This document shows, in pieces, positions 51,203 through 62,984 of a stretch of 64,000 nucleotides of DNA. A program made the position numbers and the translations under genes. Source of the DNA: Myxococcota bacterium. GTDB lineage: Bacteria > Myxococcota_A > SURF-8 > G963663525. The first letter of the stretch is position 1; every line of letters begins with the position of its first letter. The stretch is from assembly GCA_963676915.2 (NCBI GenBank), contig CAXXVK010000010.1:32001-96000 (forward strand), in the 5' to 3' direction. The notes under the pieces are model-generated. The model searched no databases. It had not been told where the DNA came from and saw only the letters and a list, made by a program, of their open reading frames with translations.

Positions 51203-51278
51203 ATTCTTATTATTGTATTGGTTGCCCTTTTCTGAAGGAGTTGTTGGCTTTTTAGCTTGAAAAGCCGCAAAAACGGAA

Positions 51279-53381
51279 ATGATTGCTCCCGATCTGACCA
51301 AAACCCGAAATATCGGCATCATGGCCCACATCGATGCCGGTAAAACGACGACGACGGAACGGATATTGTTCTATTCCGGCGTATCGTACAAAATCGGGGA
51401 AGTCCACGATGGTAACGCCATAATGGACTGGATGGAACAGGAGCAAGAGCGGGGCATTACCATTACGTCCGCCGCGACGACCTGCATCTGGCAGAATCAT
51501 CGGATCAATATCATTGATACTCCCGGCCATGTCGATTTCACGGTAGAAGTCGAACGGTCGTTGCGGGTTCTCGATGGTGCGATTGCCGTGTTCTGTGCGG
51601 TTGGCGGTGTCGAGCCTCAGTCCGAGACGGTTTGGCGTCAGGCGGATCGCTACAACGTTCCTAGAATCGCTTTCGTGAACAAGATGGATCGAAAAGGCGC
51701 GGATTTTCAGAATGTCGTACGGCAGATGAAAACTCGTCTCGGAGCCAATCCTCTGGTTCTCGAATTGCCTATCGGAGCGGAAGACGAATTCAAGGGTGTT
51801 ATCGATCTGCTTCGTATGCGGGCGTTCTACTATGATGCAGAAACGCTCGGGATGCAGGTGATCGAAGAAGACATTCCCGAAAATCTGCAAAAACAGGCCG
51901 AAGAGTATCGGCAGAATCTCATCGAGATGGCGGCGGAGCAGGATGAAACGCTTCTGGAACGCTATCTTGAAGGAGAAGGCGATAGCTTTACAAACGAAGA
52001 GATGATTGCTTCGATTCGTAAAGCGACCATCGCTGGCGATGTTCAGCCGGTGTTGTGCGGAGCGGCTTTCAAAAACAAGGGCGTTCAGCAATTGCTCGAT
52101 GCCGTTGTGAATTACCTGCCTTCGCCAATGGATATTCCGCCTGTTACGGCCATGGATGCGCAAAACCCGGAAAAAACGGTCGAGCGCAAGGCCGAAGCCT
52201 CGGAGCCTTTGGCTGCTTTGGTGTTCAAAATCATGAACGATCCGTTTGTCGGTCAGTTGAGTTTCCTTCGGGTTTACTCCGGAGTGCTTAAGAGCGGCAG
52301 TGCGGTTTATAATTCGTCCAAAGATAAAAAAGAACGCGTCGTTCGCGTGCTGAAAATGCATTCGAACCAGCGTGAAGAAGTCGAAGAAGTCAGCGCTGGC
52401 GATATCTGCGCGGTGGTTGGCCTGAAGCATTCCGCGACTGGCGATACACTGTGTCAGAAAAACAATGCCATTCTGCTGGAAACGATAGAGTTTCCTCCTC
52501 CGGTGATTTCGGTCGTTATCGAGCCGAAGACCAAAGAGGACGAGGAAAAACTGAGCACGGCACTGGGGCGTCTTTCGCTTGAAGATCCCACGTTCACCGT
52601 GACCATCGATGAAGAAACCGGCCAGACGCTCATTTCCGGCATGGGTGAACTTCATCTTGAAGTTCTTGTCGAACGCTTGAAGCGAGAATTCAAGGTTCAG
52701 GCGAACGTTGGAAATCCGCAAGTTGCTTATCGAGAAGCATTCGGCGGGGCTGTTCGTCATCAATCCGTTGTGGATCGCGAACTTGGTGGAAAACGGCAGT
52801 ACGCTTCCGTGACCATCGAATTCGACGCATCGGAAGAAGAAGACGGGCTGATCTTCGAAAATGGCTTGAAACCTCAGCAGCTGGATAAAGATCTGGTCGA
52901 AGCTGTCCGGCTCGGTTTGCAGGAATCGATGAGCTTGGGTGTTGTGGCCAACTATCCGGTTTTGTCGTTGAAAGCGAAGCTTGTCGATGTCGATTTTATC
53001 GAGGGTGAAAGCAACACCAACGTGTTTCGGCTCGCGGCTTCCAACTGTTTCCGAGAGGCCATGACGAAAAGCCGTCCGGTTCTTCTGGAGCCGAAGATGT
53101 CGGTCGAGGTCGTCAGCCCCGAGGAATTTATTGGAGATATCATCGCCGACCTCAATACGCGACGAGGTTCCGTGCGAGGAAACGAAGTCCGTGGAAACGC
53201 GCAAGCGCTTTCTGCGAGAGTTCCCCTGAGTGCTATGTTCGGTTACGTCAAGGAACTGCGCAGCCGTTCTCAGGGACGAGCTACATTTACAATGGAATTC
53301 CACCGCTACGAGGTGGTTCCACCCAAATTGATGGTAGAGATTGTTGAAAGAATCATGGGAGTAAAGCCGGCCTGGCTGTAG
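51279..53381 (+). CDS. fusA: Elongation factor G (divergent domain IV)
   Basis: [41 protein letters not shown]; str operon position. Confidence 0.93.
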   Translation: MIAPDLTKTRNIGIMAHIDAGKTTTTERILFYSGVSYKIGEVHDGNAIMDWMEQEQERGITITSAATTCIWQNHRINIIDTPGHVDFTVEVERSLRVLDGAIAVFCAVGGVEPQSETVWRQADRYNVPRIAFVNKMDRKGADFQNVVRQMKTRLGANPLVLELPIGAEDEFKGVIDLLRMRAFYYDAETLGMQVIEEDIPENLQKQAEEYRQNLIEMAAEQDETLLERYLEGEGDSFTNEEMIASIRKATIAGDVQPVLCGAAFKNKGVQQLLDAVVNYLPSPMDIPPVTAMDAQNPEKTVERKAEASEPLAALVFKIMNDPFVGQLSFLRVYSGVLKSGSAVYNSSKDKKERVVRVLKMHSNQREEVEEVSAGDICAVVGLKHSATGDTLCQKNNAILLETIEFPPPVISVVIEPKTKEDEEKLSTALGRLSLEDPTFTVTIDEETGQTLISGMGELHLEVLVERLKREFKVQANVGNPQVAYREAFGGAVRHQSVVDRELGGKRQYASVTIEFDASEEEDGLIFENGLKPQQLDKDLVEAVRLGLQESMSLGVVANYPVLSLKAKLVDVDFIEGESNTNVFRLAASNCFREAMTKSRPVLLEPKMSVEVVSPEEFIGDIIADLNTRRGSVRGNEVRGNAQALSARVPLSAMFGYVKELRSRSQGRATFTMEFHRYEVVPPKLMVEIVERIMGVKPAWL

Positions 53382-53414
53382 CTCCCCAAGGATCCCCGGT
53401 ATAAGGAGGAACCC

Positions 53415-54605
53415 ATGGCGAAGGCGAAATTCGAGCGTAACAAGCCCCACGTGAACGTGGGTACGATCGGTCACATTGACCACGGCAAAACGACGCTGAC
53501 GGCGGCGATCACGAAGGTTTTGGCTGCGAAAGGGCAGGCGAACTTCACGGCGTTCGACGAGATCGACAAGGCACCTGAAGAAAAGGAACGCGGAATCACG
53601 ATCGCGACGGCACATATCGAGTACGAAACCGATAACCGCCACTACGCGCACGTGGACTGCCCCGGCCACGCGGACTACATCAAAAACATGATTACGGGCG
53701 CGGCGCAGATGGACGGCGCGATTCTGGTGGTAGCGGCCAACGACGGTCCGATGCCTCAGACGCGTGAGCACGTGCTGCTGGCCCGCCAGGTCGGCGTACC
53801 GGCGATCGTGGTGTACCTGAACAAGGTGGACCTGGTAGACGATCCCGAGCTGCTGGAGCTGGTCGATATGGAACTTCGCGAGCTTCTCAGCTCGTACGAC
53901 TTCCCGGGCGACGATATTCCCATCGTGCAGGGCAGCGCGCTGGCGGCGTTGAACGGCGAGGCGACGGATGTGGGCGAAGGTTCTGTCGTGAAACTGATGG
54001 AAGAAGTCGATTCGTACATTCCGGAACCGGAACGTACGTTGGATAAACCGTTCCTGATGCCGGTCGAAGACGTGTTCTCGATCTCTGGTCGTGGCACGGT
54101 GGCGACGGGTCGTGTAGAGCGCGGGATCATCAAGGTTGGCGACGAGATCGAAATCGTCGGTATCCGCGACACGCGCAAGACGGTCGTAACGGGTGTTGAA
54201 ATGTTCCGTAAGCTGTTGGATCAAGGTCAGGCCGGCGACAACGTGGGCTGCCTGCTCCGTGGCATCAAGAAGACGGAAGTGGAACGCGGCCAGGTATTGG
54301 CGATTCCGGGCAGCATCACGCCTCACAAGCACTTCAAAGGCAAAGTGTACGTCCTGAGCAAGGACGAAGGTGGCCGCCATACTCCGTTCTTCACGGGCTA
54401 TCGTCCCCAGTTCTACTTCCGTACGACGGACGTGACGGGCGTCGCGGAGCTTCCCGAAGGCGTCGAGATGGTGATGCCTGGTGACAACGTGAACGTTGAA
54501 GTGAAGCTGATCACCCCGATCGCGATGGAGCAGGGACTTCGTTTCGCCATCCGCGAAGGTGGCCGTACGGTCGGCGCCGGCGTGGTGTCGGAAGTCGTCG
54601 AATAA
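53415..54605 (+). CDS. tuf: Elongation factor Tu, copy 2
   Basis: 396 aa; [21 protein letters not shown]. Confidence 0.99.
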   Translation: MAKAKFERNKPHVNVGTIGHIDHGKTTLTAAITKVLAAKGQANFTAFDEIDKAPEEKERGITIATAHIEYETDNRHYAHVDCPGHADYIKNMITGAAQMDGAILVVAANDGPMPQTREHVLLARQVGVPAIVVYLNKVDLVDDPELLELVDMELRELLSSYDFPGDDIPIVQGSALAALNGEATDVGEGSVVKLMEEVDSYIPEPERTLDKPFLMPVEDVFSISGRGTVATGRVERGIIKVGDEIEIVGIRDTRKTVVTGVEMFRKLLDQGQAGDNVGCLLRGIKKTEVERGQVLAIPGSITPHKHFKGKVYVLSKDEGGRHTPFFTGYRPQFYFRTTDVTGVAELPEGVEMVMPGDNVNVEVKLITPIAMEQGLRFAIREGGRTVGAGVVSEVVE

Positions 54606-54674
54606 TTTTTCCGAAGCCCTGGAGGACGAAAGTTTTCCGGGCTTTTGGCAACCTTTTACTAAAAGGAGGCCCAC

Positions 54675-54983
54675 GTGGCGCAGCAGAAAATCAGAATCCG
54701 CCTGAAGGCGTACGATTACAAGCTGCTCGACCAGTCCACCATGGAGATCGTTGAAACGGTCAAAAGAACCGGTGCGCGTGTAGCAGGACCGATTCCTTTG
54801 CCGACCGTGATCAACAAGTACTGCGTGCTTCGGTCGCCCCATGTGGATAAAAAGTCGCGGGAGCAGTTCGAAATCCGGACGCACAATCGTCTGGTGGATA
54901 TTCTGGACCCGACTCAGCAAACTCTTGACGAATTGATGAAACTCGACCTGTCAGCCGGTGTCGATGTTGAAATCAAGACCTGA
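54675..54983 (+). CDS. rpsJ: 30S ribosomal protein S10
   Basis: [27 protein letters not shown]. Confidence 0.98.
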   Translation: MAQQKIRIRLKAYDYKLLDQSTMEIVETVKRTGARVAGPIPLPTVINKYCVLRSPHVDKKSREQFEIRTHNRLVDILDPTQQTLDELMKLDLSAGVDVEIKT

Positions 54984-55036
54984 TCCGAAAACGAATGGAA
55001 TAGGATTCGGATACCGGAACCAGGTAGGAGGCGGAA

Positions 55037-55687
55037 ATGTTCGGCATACTCGGTAGAAAGGTGGGCATGTCCCATCTGTTCACATCGGACGGACAGCGTT
55101 ATGCAGTAACGTTGATTGAAGCAGGTCCGTGTGTGGTGACACAAATAAAGACCCGTGAAAACGATGGCTACGACGCGATCCAGCTCGGGTATATGGCCAA
55201 AACGAAATCGGTCACCAAGCCGATGCAGGGCCACTTCAACAAAGCAAAGCGTGGTGCGTTCAAATACACCCGCGAGTTTAGAGTGGATGATATCGACCAG
55301 TACGAGCTTGGTCAGACGGTGAGTGTCGGCGATTTCATCAAAGGCGACGTGCTGAAAATTACCGGAACCTCCAAGGGTAAGGGATTTCAGGGTGTTATGA
55401 AACGCCACGGTTTTCATGGCGGACGCAAGACCCACGGTTCTCGTTCCCATCGTATTCCCGGTTCCATCGGCAACAGCACCACCCCCGGTCGTACGATCAA
55501 GGGGCGTAGGATGCCGGGCCAGACCGGAAACAAGCGCGTCACGGAAATGAATATCGTTATCATGTCCGTCGAGTCGGATAAAAACCTGATCTACGTCAAG
55601 GGTCACGTACCCGGAGCGAGAGACGGCTTGGTGAAGCTTCAGCGCGTGATTCACGTCGAAGCGGACAACGCCGCCGAGCAGGCATAG
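55037..55687 (+). CDS. rplC: 50S ribosomal protein L3
   Basis: LGRKVGMS, GTSKGKGFQGVMKRHGF, HRIPGSIG. Confidence 0.98.
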   Translation: MFGILGRKVGMSHLFTSDGQRYAVTLIEAGPCVVTQIKTRENDGYDAIQLGYMAKTKSVTKPMQGHFNKAKRGAFKYTREFRVDDIDQYELGQTVSVGDFIKGDVLKITGTSKGKGFQGVMKRHGFHGGRKTHGSRSHRIPGSIGNSTTPGRTIKGRRMPGQTGNKRVTEMNIVIMSVESDKNLIYVKGHVPGARDGLVKLQRVIHVEADNAAEQA

Positions 55688-55702
55688 TAAGGAGAGGAAT
55701 CC

Positions 55703-56323
55703 ATGTCCGGTTTGAAAGTATACGACTTGGAAAAGAACGAAGTGGGTTCCGTTGATCTGTCCGACGACGTGTTCGGTGTCGAGGTCAACCCCAATTTGTT
55801 TTACGATGTGGTTCGTGCGCAGCTGGCTTCCAGACGACAAGGAACGCATCAGACGAAAACCCGTCGCGACGTGAAGCATTCGACGAAAAAGCTTTATCGT
55901 CAAAAAGGTACGGGTCGCGCACGTCACGGTATGATCTCCTCGCCCACGATGCGTGGTGGTGGTACCGTTTTTGGTCCGCATCCTCGGGATTACAGCTATC
56001 GTCCCCCCGCAAAAATGCGTAAAGGCGCGCTCAGAAGTGCCTTGGCGATGAAGCTGAACGACGGGCAGATCACCATTTTGGACAGCTTCGAGTTGGCCGA
56101 AATCAAAACGAAAAAAGTTGTCGATGTTATGGCGACTTTCGGTTGGAAACGTCCGTTGATCGTGGATGAAGAGAATTTCAAACTGCGTAAATCCGTATCC
56201 AACCTGCAAAAAGCAAACCTGCTTCCGCCGGTCGGTCTCAATGTTTACGATGTTCTCAAACACGATGAACTGGTTCTGACGCGCAAAGCCCTGGAAGCGG
56301 TGGAAGGAGCTTTGAAGCCATGA
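55703..56323 (+). CDS. rplD: 50S ribosomal protein L4
   Basis: RQGTHQTK, RQKGTGRARHG, GGGTVFGP. Confidence 0.98.
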   Translation: MSGLKVYDLEKNEVGSVDLSDDVFGVEVNPNLFYDVVRAQLASRRQGTHQTKTRRDVKHSTKKLYRQKGTGRARHGMISSPTMRGGGTVFGPHPRDYSYRPPAKMRKGALRSALAMKLNDGQITILDSFELAEIKTKKVVDVMATFGWKRPLIVDEENFKLRKSVSNLQKANLLPPVGLNVYDVLKHDELVLTRKALEAVEGALKP

Positions 56324-56613
56324 AAAGGTCAAGCGAAGATATTTTGCTTCGTCCCTTGCTGACTGAAAAGGCCATGCTCGGGCAGGAAGAAGGCAACCGG
56401 TATTACTTCGAAGTTCGCAAAGACGCGAACAAGCTCGAAGTCAAAAAGGCTGTCGAGAAAATGTTCGAAGTTCGGGTGACGAAGGTCAACACCATGCTGG
56501 TTCCGGGAAAATGGAAACGGCTGGGCATGTTCAGAGGCCGCGGCGGTAGCTGGAAAAAAGCCGTTGTGACTTTGCATGAGGGCGATGTCATTGAACTGTA
56601 CGAGGGAGTCTGA
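56320..56613 (+). CDS. rplW: 50S ribosomal protein L23
   Basis: PLLTEKA, ANKLEVKKAVE, WKKAVVTL. Confidence 0.97.
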   Translation: MKRSSEDILLRPLLTEKAMLGQEEGNRYYFEVRKDANKLEVKKAVEKMFEVRVTKVNTMLVPGKWKRLGMFRGRGGSWKKAVVTLHEGDVIELYEGV

Positions 56614-56626
56614 TTAGGAGACAACC

Positions 56627-57454
56627 ATGGGAATCAAGAAATACAAACCCACGTCCACCGGACGGCGAAACATGTCGGTTTCGGATTTTGCCGAAATTAC
56701 GACCGATACGCCGCACAAGCCGCTTTTAGCGCCGCTGAATAAAAAATCCGGTCGGAACAATGCCGGACGCATTTCCGTCCGACGTCGTGGTGGCGGAGTC
56801 AAGCAGCGTTATCGCATTATCGATTTCAAACGTGACAAAATCGACGTGCCTGCAAAGGTAGCGACCATAGAATACGATCCGAATCGTTCGGCTCGAATCG
56901 CTCTTTTGCATTACGCCGATGGCGAGAAACGTTACATTCTCGCTCCGGATAAAATCAAGGTCGGCGATTCCGTGGTTTCCAGCTCGGAAGCTGATATTCT
57001 TCCCGGCAACTGTTTGCCGCTCATCAACATTCCTTTGGGTACCATCGTTCACAACGTCGAGATGAAACCCGAAAAGGGTGGACAGATGGCCCGTTCGGCC
57101 GGAACGAGCGTTCAGTTGATGGCGAAAGAAGGCAAATACGCGGCGTTGAGACTGCCCTCCGGCGAAGTTCGTCAGGTGCTGCAGCGCTGCCGGGCCACCA
57201 TCGGCAATGTGGGCAATGGCTCTCATTCCAACATTCGGCGCGGTAAAGCCGGTAACTCTCGATGGCGCGGCATTCGTCCGAGTGTTCGCGGTGTCGTGAT
57301 GAACCCGGTCGATCACCCCCACGGTGGTGGTGAAGGACGTACCTCCGGTGGTCGTCATCCGGTCACCCCCTGGGGCGTTCCGACCAAGGGTAAAAAGACT
57401 CGTAAGAATCATCGTTCGGATAAATATATCATTCGGCGGCGTGGCAAGAAATAA
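56627..57454 (+). CDS. rplB: 50S ribosomal protein L2
   Basis: [27 protein letters not shown]. Confidence 0.99.
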   Translation: MGIKKYKPTSTGRRNMSVSDFAEITTDTPHKPLLAPLNKKSGRNNAGRISVRRRGGGVKQRYRIIDFKRDKIDVPAKVATIEYDPNRSARIALLHYADGEKRYILAPDKIKVGDSVVSSSEADILPGNCLPLINIPLGTIVHNVEMKPEKGGQMARSAGTSVQLMAKEGKYAALRLPSGEVRQVLQRCRATIGNVGNGSHSNIRRGKAGNSRWRGIRPSVRGVVMNPVDHPHGGGEGRTSGGRHPVTPWGVPTKGKKTRKNHRSDKYIIRRRGKK

Positions 57455-57498
57455 TCGTTTTTTGCACCCCGGACAACCTTAAACAAGGGAGCTTGAAG

Positions 57499-57774
57499 GT
57501 GTCTCGTTCGATCAAAAAAGGTCCGTTTATCGACGATCATCTCGCTCGGAAAGTGCTAAATGCCATCCGAAGCAACGACAAGCGTGTGATCAAAACCTGG
57601 TCGCGTCGCTCGACGATCCTTCCCGAGTTCGTCGGACTGACGTTCGCGGTTCACAATGGCAAAAAATTCATTCCCGTATTCGTGACGGAAAACATGGTCG
57701 GTCACAAACTGGGTGAATTTTCTCCGACACGTATGTTCAAGGGTCACGCCGGCGACAAAAAGTCGAAGCGGTAA
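57499..57774 (+). CDS. rpsS: 30S ribosomal protein S19
   Basis: [31 protein letters not shown]; GTG start. Confidence 0.98.
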   Translation: MSRSIKKGPFIDDHLARKVLNAIRSNDKRVIKTWSRRSTILPEFVGLTFAVHNGKKFIPVFVTENMVGHKLGEFSPTRMFKGHAGDKKSKR

Positions 57775-57784
57775 GGAGAGCGCG

Positions 57785-58117
57785 ATGGAAGTCAAAGCCA
57801 AACTGAGATATTACCGTATGTCGGCACGAAAAGTGCGATTGGTTGCCGATCTCATTCGTGGCCGCCAGGTGGACGAAGCGGTGAACATTCTCAACTTCAG
57901 TCCTAAAAAAGCGGCCCGGTCGATGGCGAAGCTTATCAATGCCGCCGTTGCCGATGCCGATGAAACCAAGGAACTCGATGTGGATCGCTTGTACGTCAAG
58001 AAGGTCTGGGTCGATGAAGGTCCGACGCTGAAGCGTTTTCGTCCGAGGGCTATGGGGCGCGCCACCCGAATCAGGAAGCGCACCAGTCACGTGACGGTCA
58101 TTTTGGACGAAATGTAA
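57785..58117 (+). CDS. rplV: 50S ribosomal protein L22
   Basis: [30 protein letters not shown]. Confidence 0.97.
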   Translation: MEVKAKLRYYRMSARKVRLVADLIRGRQVDEAVNILNFSPKKAARSMAKLINAAVADADETKELDVDRLYVKKVWVDEGPTLKRFRPRAMGRATRIRKRTSHVTVILDEM

Positions 58118-58128
58118 AGGAGGACGCA

Positions 58129-58785
58129 GTGGGTCAGAAAGTCAACCCCATCAGTCTGCGCTTGGGAATCAACCGAACTTGGGATTCCCGCTGGTTTGCG
58201 GAAAAAAATTACGCCCAGTGGCTTCACGAAGATCTTCGCTTGCGTGAGTTCATCAAGAAAGAACTGGAATCTTCCGGTGTCTCGCGGATCGAACTGGAGC
58301 GCGCTCCCGGTCGAGTCAAAGCGACCATCCATTCCGCACGCCCCGGTATTGTAATCGGTAAGGGTGGAACAGGTGTCGAGTTGCTCAAAGCGAAACTTCA
58401 AAAGTTGACGGAATCTAATGTATTCATCAACATCATCGAAGTTCGTAAACCCGAAGCCGATGCTCAGTTGATTTCCGAAGCGATTGCACAGCAGCTTAAA
58501 AAGCGCGTTGCATTCCGTCGGGCGATGAAGAAGGCGATTTCGCAGGCTCAACGTTTCGGCGTAAAGGGAATCAAAGTCATGGTTTCCGGTCGCTTGGGCG
58601 GTGCCGAAATGTCTCGTCAGGAACGGTACATGGAAGGCCGCGTTCCTCTGCACACCCTGCGGGCGGACATCGACTACGGATTTTCCGTTTCGCGCACGAC
58701 TTACGGCGTGATCGGCGTGAAAGTCTGGGTTTACAAAGGCGAAGTGTTTGAAGAGAAGCAAGCGATTCGCAAGCTGCTCTACTGA
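58129..58785 (+). CDS. rpsC: 30S ribosomal protein S3
   Basis: [30 protein letters not shown]. Confidence 0.98.
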   Translation: MGQKVNPISLRLGINRTWDSRWFAEKNYAQWLHEDLRLREFIKKELESSGVSRIELERAPGRVKATIHSARPGIVIGKGGTGVELLKAKLQKLTESNVFINIIEVRKPEADAQLISEAIAQQLKKRVAFRRAMKKAISQAQRFGVKGIKVMVSGRLGGAEMSRQERYMEGRVPLHTLRADIDYGFSVSRTTYGVIGVKVWVYKGEVFEEKQAIRKLLY

Positions 58786-58831
58786 GGAATATACGGCTTC
58801 GGAATGACATTTCCGGGGCGGGAGAAAGATC

Positions 58832-59248
58832 ATGCTGGCTCCAAAAAAAGTCAAATGGCGCAAAGTGCAAAAAGGGAAGATTCGCGGAATGTCGCAGCGT
58901 GGTTGTGATGTTTCCTTCGGGGATTTTGCGCTTCAGAGCATCGGCCGTGGATGGATTACCGCCCGGCAGATCGAAGCCGCCCGTATCGCGATGACTCGTC
59001 ACGTCAAGCGTGGTGGACGCATCTGGATTCGGATTTTCCCAGACAAATCCATCACCAAAAAGCCTGCTGAAACCCGTATGGGTAGCGGTAAAGGAACCCC
59101 GGAAGAGTGGGTGGCCGTGATTCGACCCGGCAAGGTGCTTTACGAAATCGAAGGTGTGGAAGAGAGCGTGGCTCGCGAGGCATTTCGCCTGGCTGCTCAC
59201 AAGCTTCCTCTGAAAACGAAATTTATCCGCCGCGCGGATCAGTACTGA
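58832..59248 (+). CDS. rplP: 50S ribosomal protein L16
   Basis: [29 protein letters not shown]. Confidence 0.98.
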   Translation: MLAPKKVKWRKVQKGKIRGMSQRGCDVSFGDFALQSIGRGWITARQIEAARIAMTRHVKRGGRIWIRIFPDKSITKKPAETRMGSGKGTPEEWVAVIRPGKVLYEIEGVEESVAREAFRLAAHKLPLKTKFIRRADQY

Positions 59249-59258
59249 GGAGGATGAT

Positions 59259-59477
59259 ATGAAGGCTTCGGAACTGAGAAGCAAGAAGGCGGAAGACCTG
59301 GACAACATGCTGATCGAACTGAAAGAAGAACATTTTCGGCTTCGTTTCCAGCACGCGACGGGTCAGTTGGAAAATCACAGGCGACTGCGGCAGATCAAAA
59401 AAGAAATCGCTCGGTTGCATACCGTGATGAACGAACGAGGAAATGAAAAGGCCGTGGTGGAAACCACGAACGAATAA
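59259..59477 (+). CDS. rpmC: 50S ribosomal protein L29
   Basis: [27 protein letters not shown]. Confidence 0.96.
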   Translation: MKASELRSKKAEDLDNMLIELKEEHFRLRFQHATGQLENHRRLRQIKKEIARLHTVMNERGNEKAVVETTNE

Positions 59478-59524
59478 GAGTTTTCTGCAAGAATCGAACG
59501 CAGAACAGATAAGGACGGTTTGAA

Positions 59525-59812
59525 ATGGCAGACAACGAAAACACCAAGCAAGAAGTGGTGGTTAAGAGTCACCACAAAGAACTGCTCGGTAAAATCGTTT
59601 CCGACAAAATGGACAAAACGGTGGTCGTCCAGGTGATTCGTCGGTATAAGCACCCGCTGTTCAAAAAGTACGTTTCAAGGCGATTGAAATACAAGGCGCA
59701 TGATGAAACCAATCAGTGCCATGTCGGGGACGATGTGATTATCCAAGAATGTCGACCCATTTCCAAACAAAAGCGTTGGCGCGTAAAAGAGATCACCAAG
59801 AAGGCTCTGTAA
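59525..59812 (+). CDS. rpsQ: 30S ribosomal protein S17
   Basis: [27 protein letters not shown]. Confidence 0.97.
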   Translation: MADNENTKQEVVVKSHHKELLGKIVSDKMDKTVVVQVIRRYKHPLFKKYVSRRLKYKAHDETNQCHVGDDVIIQECRPISKQKRWRVKEITKKAL

Positions 59813-59865
59813 ATTTCTCAGATGCCGATCAACGGTGAAACCTCTCAACGCAAAGGAGCGAAGCG

Positions 59866-60234
59866 ATGATACAGATGCAAACGATTCTCGATGTTGCCGA
59901 CAATTCGGGCGCCAAACGGGTTCAGTGCATCAAGGTTTTGGGTGGCTCGAAGCGAATGTACGCCCGCATCGGCGACGTGATCGTCGTTTCGGTAAAAGAA
60001 GCGCTGCCGAATTCGAAGGTCAAAAAAGGCGATGTGATGAAGGCGGTTGTGGTTCGCACGGCCAAGGAAATCCGCAGACCGAACGGAACCTACATCAAGT
60101 TCGACGACAATTCGGCGGTCTTGATCAATAACGCCAGGGAACCCGTCGGAACCCGTATTTTCGGACCGGTGGCTCGTGAACTGCGAGGGAAGCGATTCAT
60201 GAAGATCATCTCTCTTGCTCCCGAAGTCCTGTAA
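59866..60234 (+). CDS. rplN: 50S ribosomal protein L14
   Basis: [29 protein letters not shown]. Confidence 0.99.
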   Translation: MIQMQTILDVADNSGAKRVQCIKVLGGSKRMYARIGDVIVVSVKEALPNSKVKKGDVMKAVVVRTAKEIRRPNGTYIKFDDNSAVLINNAREPVGTRIFGPVARELRGKRFMKIISLAPEVL

Positions 60235-60248
60235 GCGAGGATGTAACA

Positions 60249-60578
60249 ATGGCGAAGAACACTACTCTTCACGTAAAAAAGGACGACAAAGTCGTCGTGC
60301 TGGCGGGCAAAGAAAAAGGCAACACGGGAAAAGTACTTTACACGTTGCCGAAAAAGAACCGTGTCGCGATCCAGGGCTTGAACCTGATCAAACGACATGC
60401 TCGCCCTTCGGAAAAGAATCCTTCGGGTGGCATCATGGAAAAAGAAGCTCCTATGGATGCCTCGAACGTTGCCCTTCTCTGCCCGAAGTGTGGTGAGAAG
60501 ATTCGTGCCCGGAGGCACGTACTGGCCGACGGTAAAGTGATGCGCAAGTGTCCGGCCTGCAACGAGGTTTATCCATAA
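60249..60578 (+). CDS. rplX: 50S ribosomal protein L24
   Basis: [24 protein letters not shown]; CxxC..CxxC in the C-terminus. Confidence 0.97.
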   Translation: MAKNTTLHVKKDDKVVVLAGKEKGNTGKVLYTLPKKNRVAIQGLNLIKRHARPSEKNPSGGIMEKEAPMDASNVALLCPKCGEKIRARRHVLADGKVMRKCPACNEVYP

Positions 60579-60591
60579 GACGGAGGATGTC

Positions 60592-61131
60592 ATGGCAAGG
60601 CTGAGAGCAGTCTATCAGGAAAAAGTCGTTCCGTTGATGCGGGATGAGTTTAAATATCAGAATCCTATGCAGGTGCCGCGCTTGCAGAAGATCATCGTCA
60701 ACATGGGATTGGGCGAGGCTATCGCCAACCCGAAGATCATCGAATCCGCCGTTGACGAACTTCGCAACATTACCGGTCAACAACCGGTGGTGACCCAGGC
60801 GCGCAAGTCCATCGCACAGTTCAAACTGCGCGAAGGCATGAAAATCGGTGCGAAGGTAACCCTGCGGGGACCGCGCATGTACGAATTTCTCGATCGCCTG
60901 CTCAACGTAGCTCTTCCGCGTGTCCGCGACTTCAAGGGCGTCAGCAACAAGGCGTTCGACGGACGTGGCAACTACACGCTGGGAGTTCGAGAAGAGATCA
61001 TTTTTCCCGAGATCGACTACGATAAAATCGACAAGATCAAGGGGTTGAATATTACAATCGTAACGACAGCCGAAACCGATGATGAGGCGCGTAGGCTGTT
61101 AAAGCACTTTGGAATGCCGTTCAAGAATTGA
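60592..61131 (+). CDS. rplE: 50S ribosomal protein L5
   Basis: [25 protein letters not shown]. Confidence 0.98.
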   Translation: MARLRAVYQEKVVPLMRDEFKYQNPMQVPRLQKIIVNMGLGEAIANPKIIESAVDELRNITGQQPVVTQARKSIAQFKLREGMKIGAKVTLRGPRMYEFLDRLLNVALPRVRDFKGVSNKAFDGRGNYTLGVREEIIFPEIDYDKIDKIKGLNITIVTTAETDDEARRLLKHFGMPFKN

Positions 61132-61148
61132 ACGTCAAGGAGGATCAA

Positions 61149-61334
61149 TTGGCCAGAAAAGCATTGAAGGTCAAGGCGAAAAGAAAGCCCAAATTCAAGG
61201 TCCGGGCGTACAATCGCTGCCCGCTATGCGGTCGGTCGAGAGGGTATCACCGGAAGTTTGATATGTGCAGGATCTGCTTGCGAAAGAACGCCTCGAATGG
61301 ATTGATTCCTGGCGTAATCAAGTCGAGCTGGTAA
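61149..61334 (+). CDS. rpsN: 30S ribosomal protein S14 (zinc-binding type Z)
   Basis: TTG start after AGGAGG; [22 protein letters not shown]. Confidence 0.96.
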   Translation: MARKALKVKAKRKPKFKVRAYNRCPLCGRSRGYHRKFDMCRICLRKNASNGLIPGVIKSSW

Positions 61335-61403
61335 TTTTATCACCTGCATGAGAGAACGGTAAAAGGGCTGGAATTCCGGGCCAAGGACTGTGAGGTTTGA
61401 CCG

Positions 61404-61802
61404 ATGACGATGACCGATCCCATCGCGGATATGCTAACGAGAATCCGCAACGCGAATCAAGCCAACCTGAAAAAGGTGGTTTGTCCGGCATCGAAGATAA
61501 AAGCCAATATCCTTGATATTTTCACGCAAGAGGGATTTATCAAAGGATATAAACGCGCCAGCGTAGACGGAAAAGGCGTGCTTGTTATTCTGCTGCGGTA
61601 CTCCGAGGAAAATGTTCCCGTGATTACCGGATTGAAGCGTAACAGCCGTCCCGGACTCCGATACTACGTACGGAAAGACAAAATTCCAAAGGTGCGTAAC
61701 GGTATGGGCTGCGCCGTCATTTCCACAAGCAAGGGAGTGATGAGCGACCGCCAGGCGCGCCGTGCAGATGTCGGCGGTGAAGTACTCTGTTCCATTTGGT
61801 AG
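61404..61802 (+). CDS. rpsH: 30S ribosomal protein S8
   Basis: DPIADMLTRIRN, SRPGLR, STSKGVM..GGEVLC. Confidence 0.98.
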   Translation: MTMTDPIADMLTRIRNANQANLKKVVCPASKIKANILDIFTQEGFIKGYKRASVDGKGVLVILLRYSEENVPVITGLKRNSRPGLRYYVRKDKIPKVRNGMGCAVISTSKGVMSDRQARRADVGGEVLCSIW

Positions 61803-61817
61803 AAAGGCGGGCGAGGA

Positions 61818-62363
61818 ATGTCACGCATCGGAAAGCTACCGATTCCCTTGCCTCCTAAGGTTGAGGCCAAGGTGGACGGCAATATGGTTTCGATCAAAGG
61901 GCCATTCGGAGAACTCCAACGAGAGATCCGGCCTGATGTCGAAGTGAAGATTGAAGGCAAAGAGATCGTCTGCATCCGTAAGGGTGAAGATCGACAATCC
62001 GGTGCCTATCACGGACTGTATCGTGCACTGATCAACAATATGGTCGTGGGCGTATCCGAGAAGTTCAAAAAAGAACTGTCCGTGGTCGGTGTTGGATACA
62101 AAGTCGAACTCAAGGGACGTGAAATCCACTTGCAGGTGGGCTATTCCCATCCGGTGGTGTTTCCGCTTCCCAAGGGTGTAGACGCCGAAGTCGATCCCAA
62201 GGCGCTGACGATCACGCTGACGTCGATCGATAAGGAAATGCTTGGACAGACAGCGGCCAATATCCGCAAGATCCGTCCCCCGGAACCCTACAAGGGCAAG
62301 GGAATTCGCTATAAAGACGAGTACGTGCGACAGAAGGCCGGTAAAGCCGGAGCCAGAGGATAA
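61818..62363 (+). CDS. rplF: 50S ribosomal protein L6
   Basis: MSRIGKLPI, GVGYK, RPPEPYKGKGIRY. Confidence 0.98.
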   Translation: MSRIGKLPIPLPPKVEAKVDGNMVSIKGPFGELQREIRPDVEVKIEGKEIVCIRKGEDRQSGAYHGLYRALINNMVVGVSEKFKKELSVVGVGYKVELKGREIHLQVGYSHPVVFPLPKGVDAEVDPKALTITLTSIDKEMLGQTAANIRKIRPPEPYKGKGIRYKDEYVRQKAGKAGARG

Positions 62364-62399
62364 CCCGCGCGTCATTGGAATCATACGTCGGAGGATGGT

Positions 62400-62951
62400 A
62401 TGGGCCGACTGACTAAAAAACAGGAAATGCGCATCGCCCGGAAAAAACGGGTTCGCCGCAAAGTGTCGGGAACGACGGAACGACCGCGCATGTCGGTTTT
62501 CCGGAGCATCAAAGAAACCTACGTTCAGGTGATCGACGATACGAACGCCAAAACGCTGGTTTCCGTTTCGAGCCTGGAGAAAACGCTTCAGGAAGAAATG
62601 AAGAAGATCCGGGAAGAATGGCAGAACGGTGCCGCTGCTCGGGCCGAAAAGCGTGAAAAAGCCTTGGCGGAAGCGCAGGCCCAAGAAGAAGCACTTGCTA
62701 AAAAGGCTTCGAAAAAAGGCAAAAAGAAGAAAAAAGGACAGGACAAGCCAGCTGCGGCTCCCAAGAAAAAGGGCGGTCCTGTCAACGAAACCCTCAATAC
62801 GAAGATCGGCGCTTTGGTTGGGCAAATCATCGCCAAGCGCTGCCTCGAGCAGGGAATCGAAAAAGTTTCTTTCGATACCAATGGGTATCGCTACCATGGC
62901 CGGGTTCGCGCCCTGGCCGAAGGCGCTCGCAAAGCCGGGTTGAAATTGTAA
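62400..62951 (+). CDS. rplR: 50S ribosomal protein L18 with large internal insertion
   Basis: [44 protein letters not shown]; 183 aa. Confidence 0.95.
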   Translation: MGRLTKKQEMRIARKKRVRRKVSGTTERPRMSVFRSIKETYVQVIDDTNAKTLVSVSSLEKTLQEEMKKIREEWQNGAAARAEKREKALAEAQAQEEALAKKASKKGKKKKKGQDKPAAAPKKKGGPVNETLNTKIGALVGQIIAKRCLEQGIEKVSFDTNGYRYHGRVRALAEGARKAGLKL

Positions 62952-62984
62952 ACAGCGGTTTAAAGCCGAACCAAGGAGAAAACC

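Noticed and set aside
51252-54920. 1222-aa antisense ORF across fusA-tuf-rpsJ (also 54914..56332 and 61836..63557)
   Set aside because: Antisense shadows of conserved translation genes; the tuf part is duplicated verbatim at 36449..37528.
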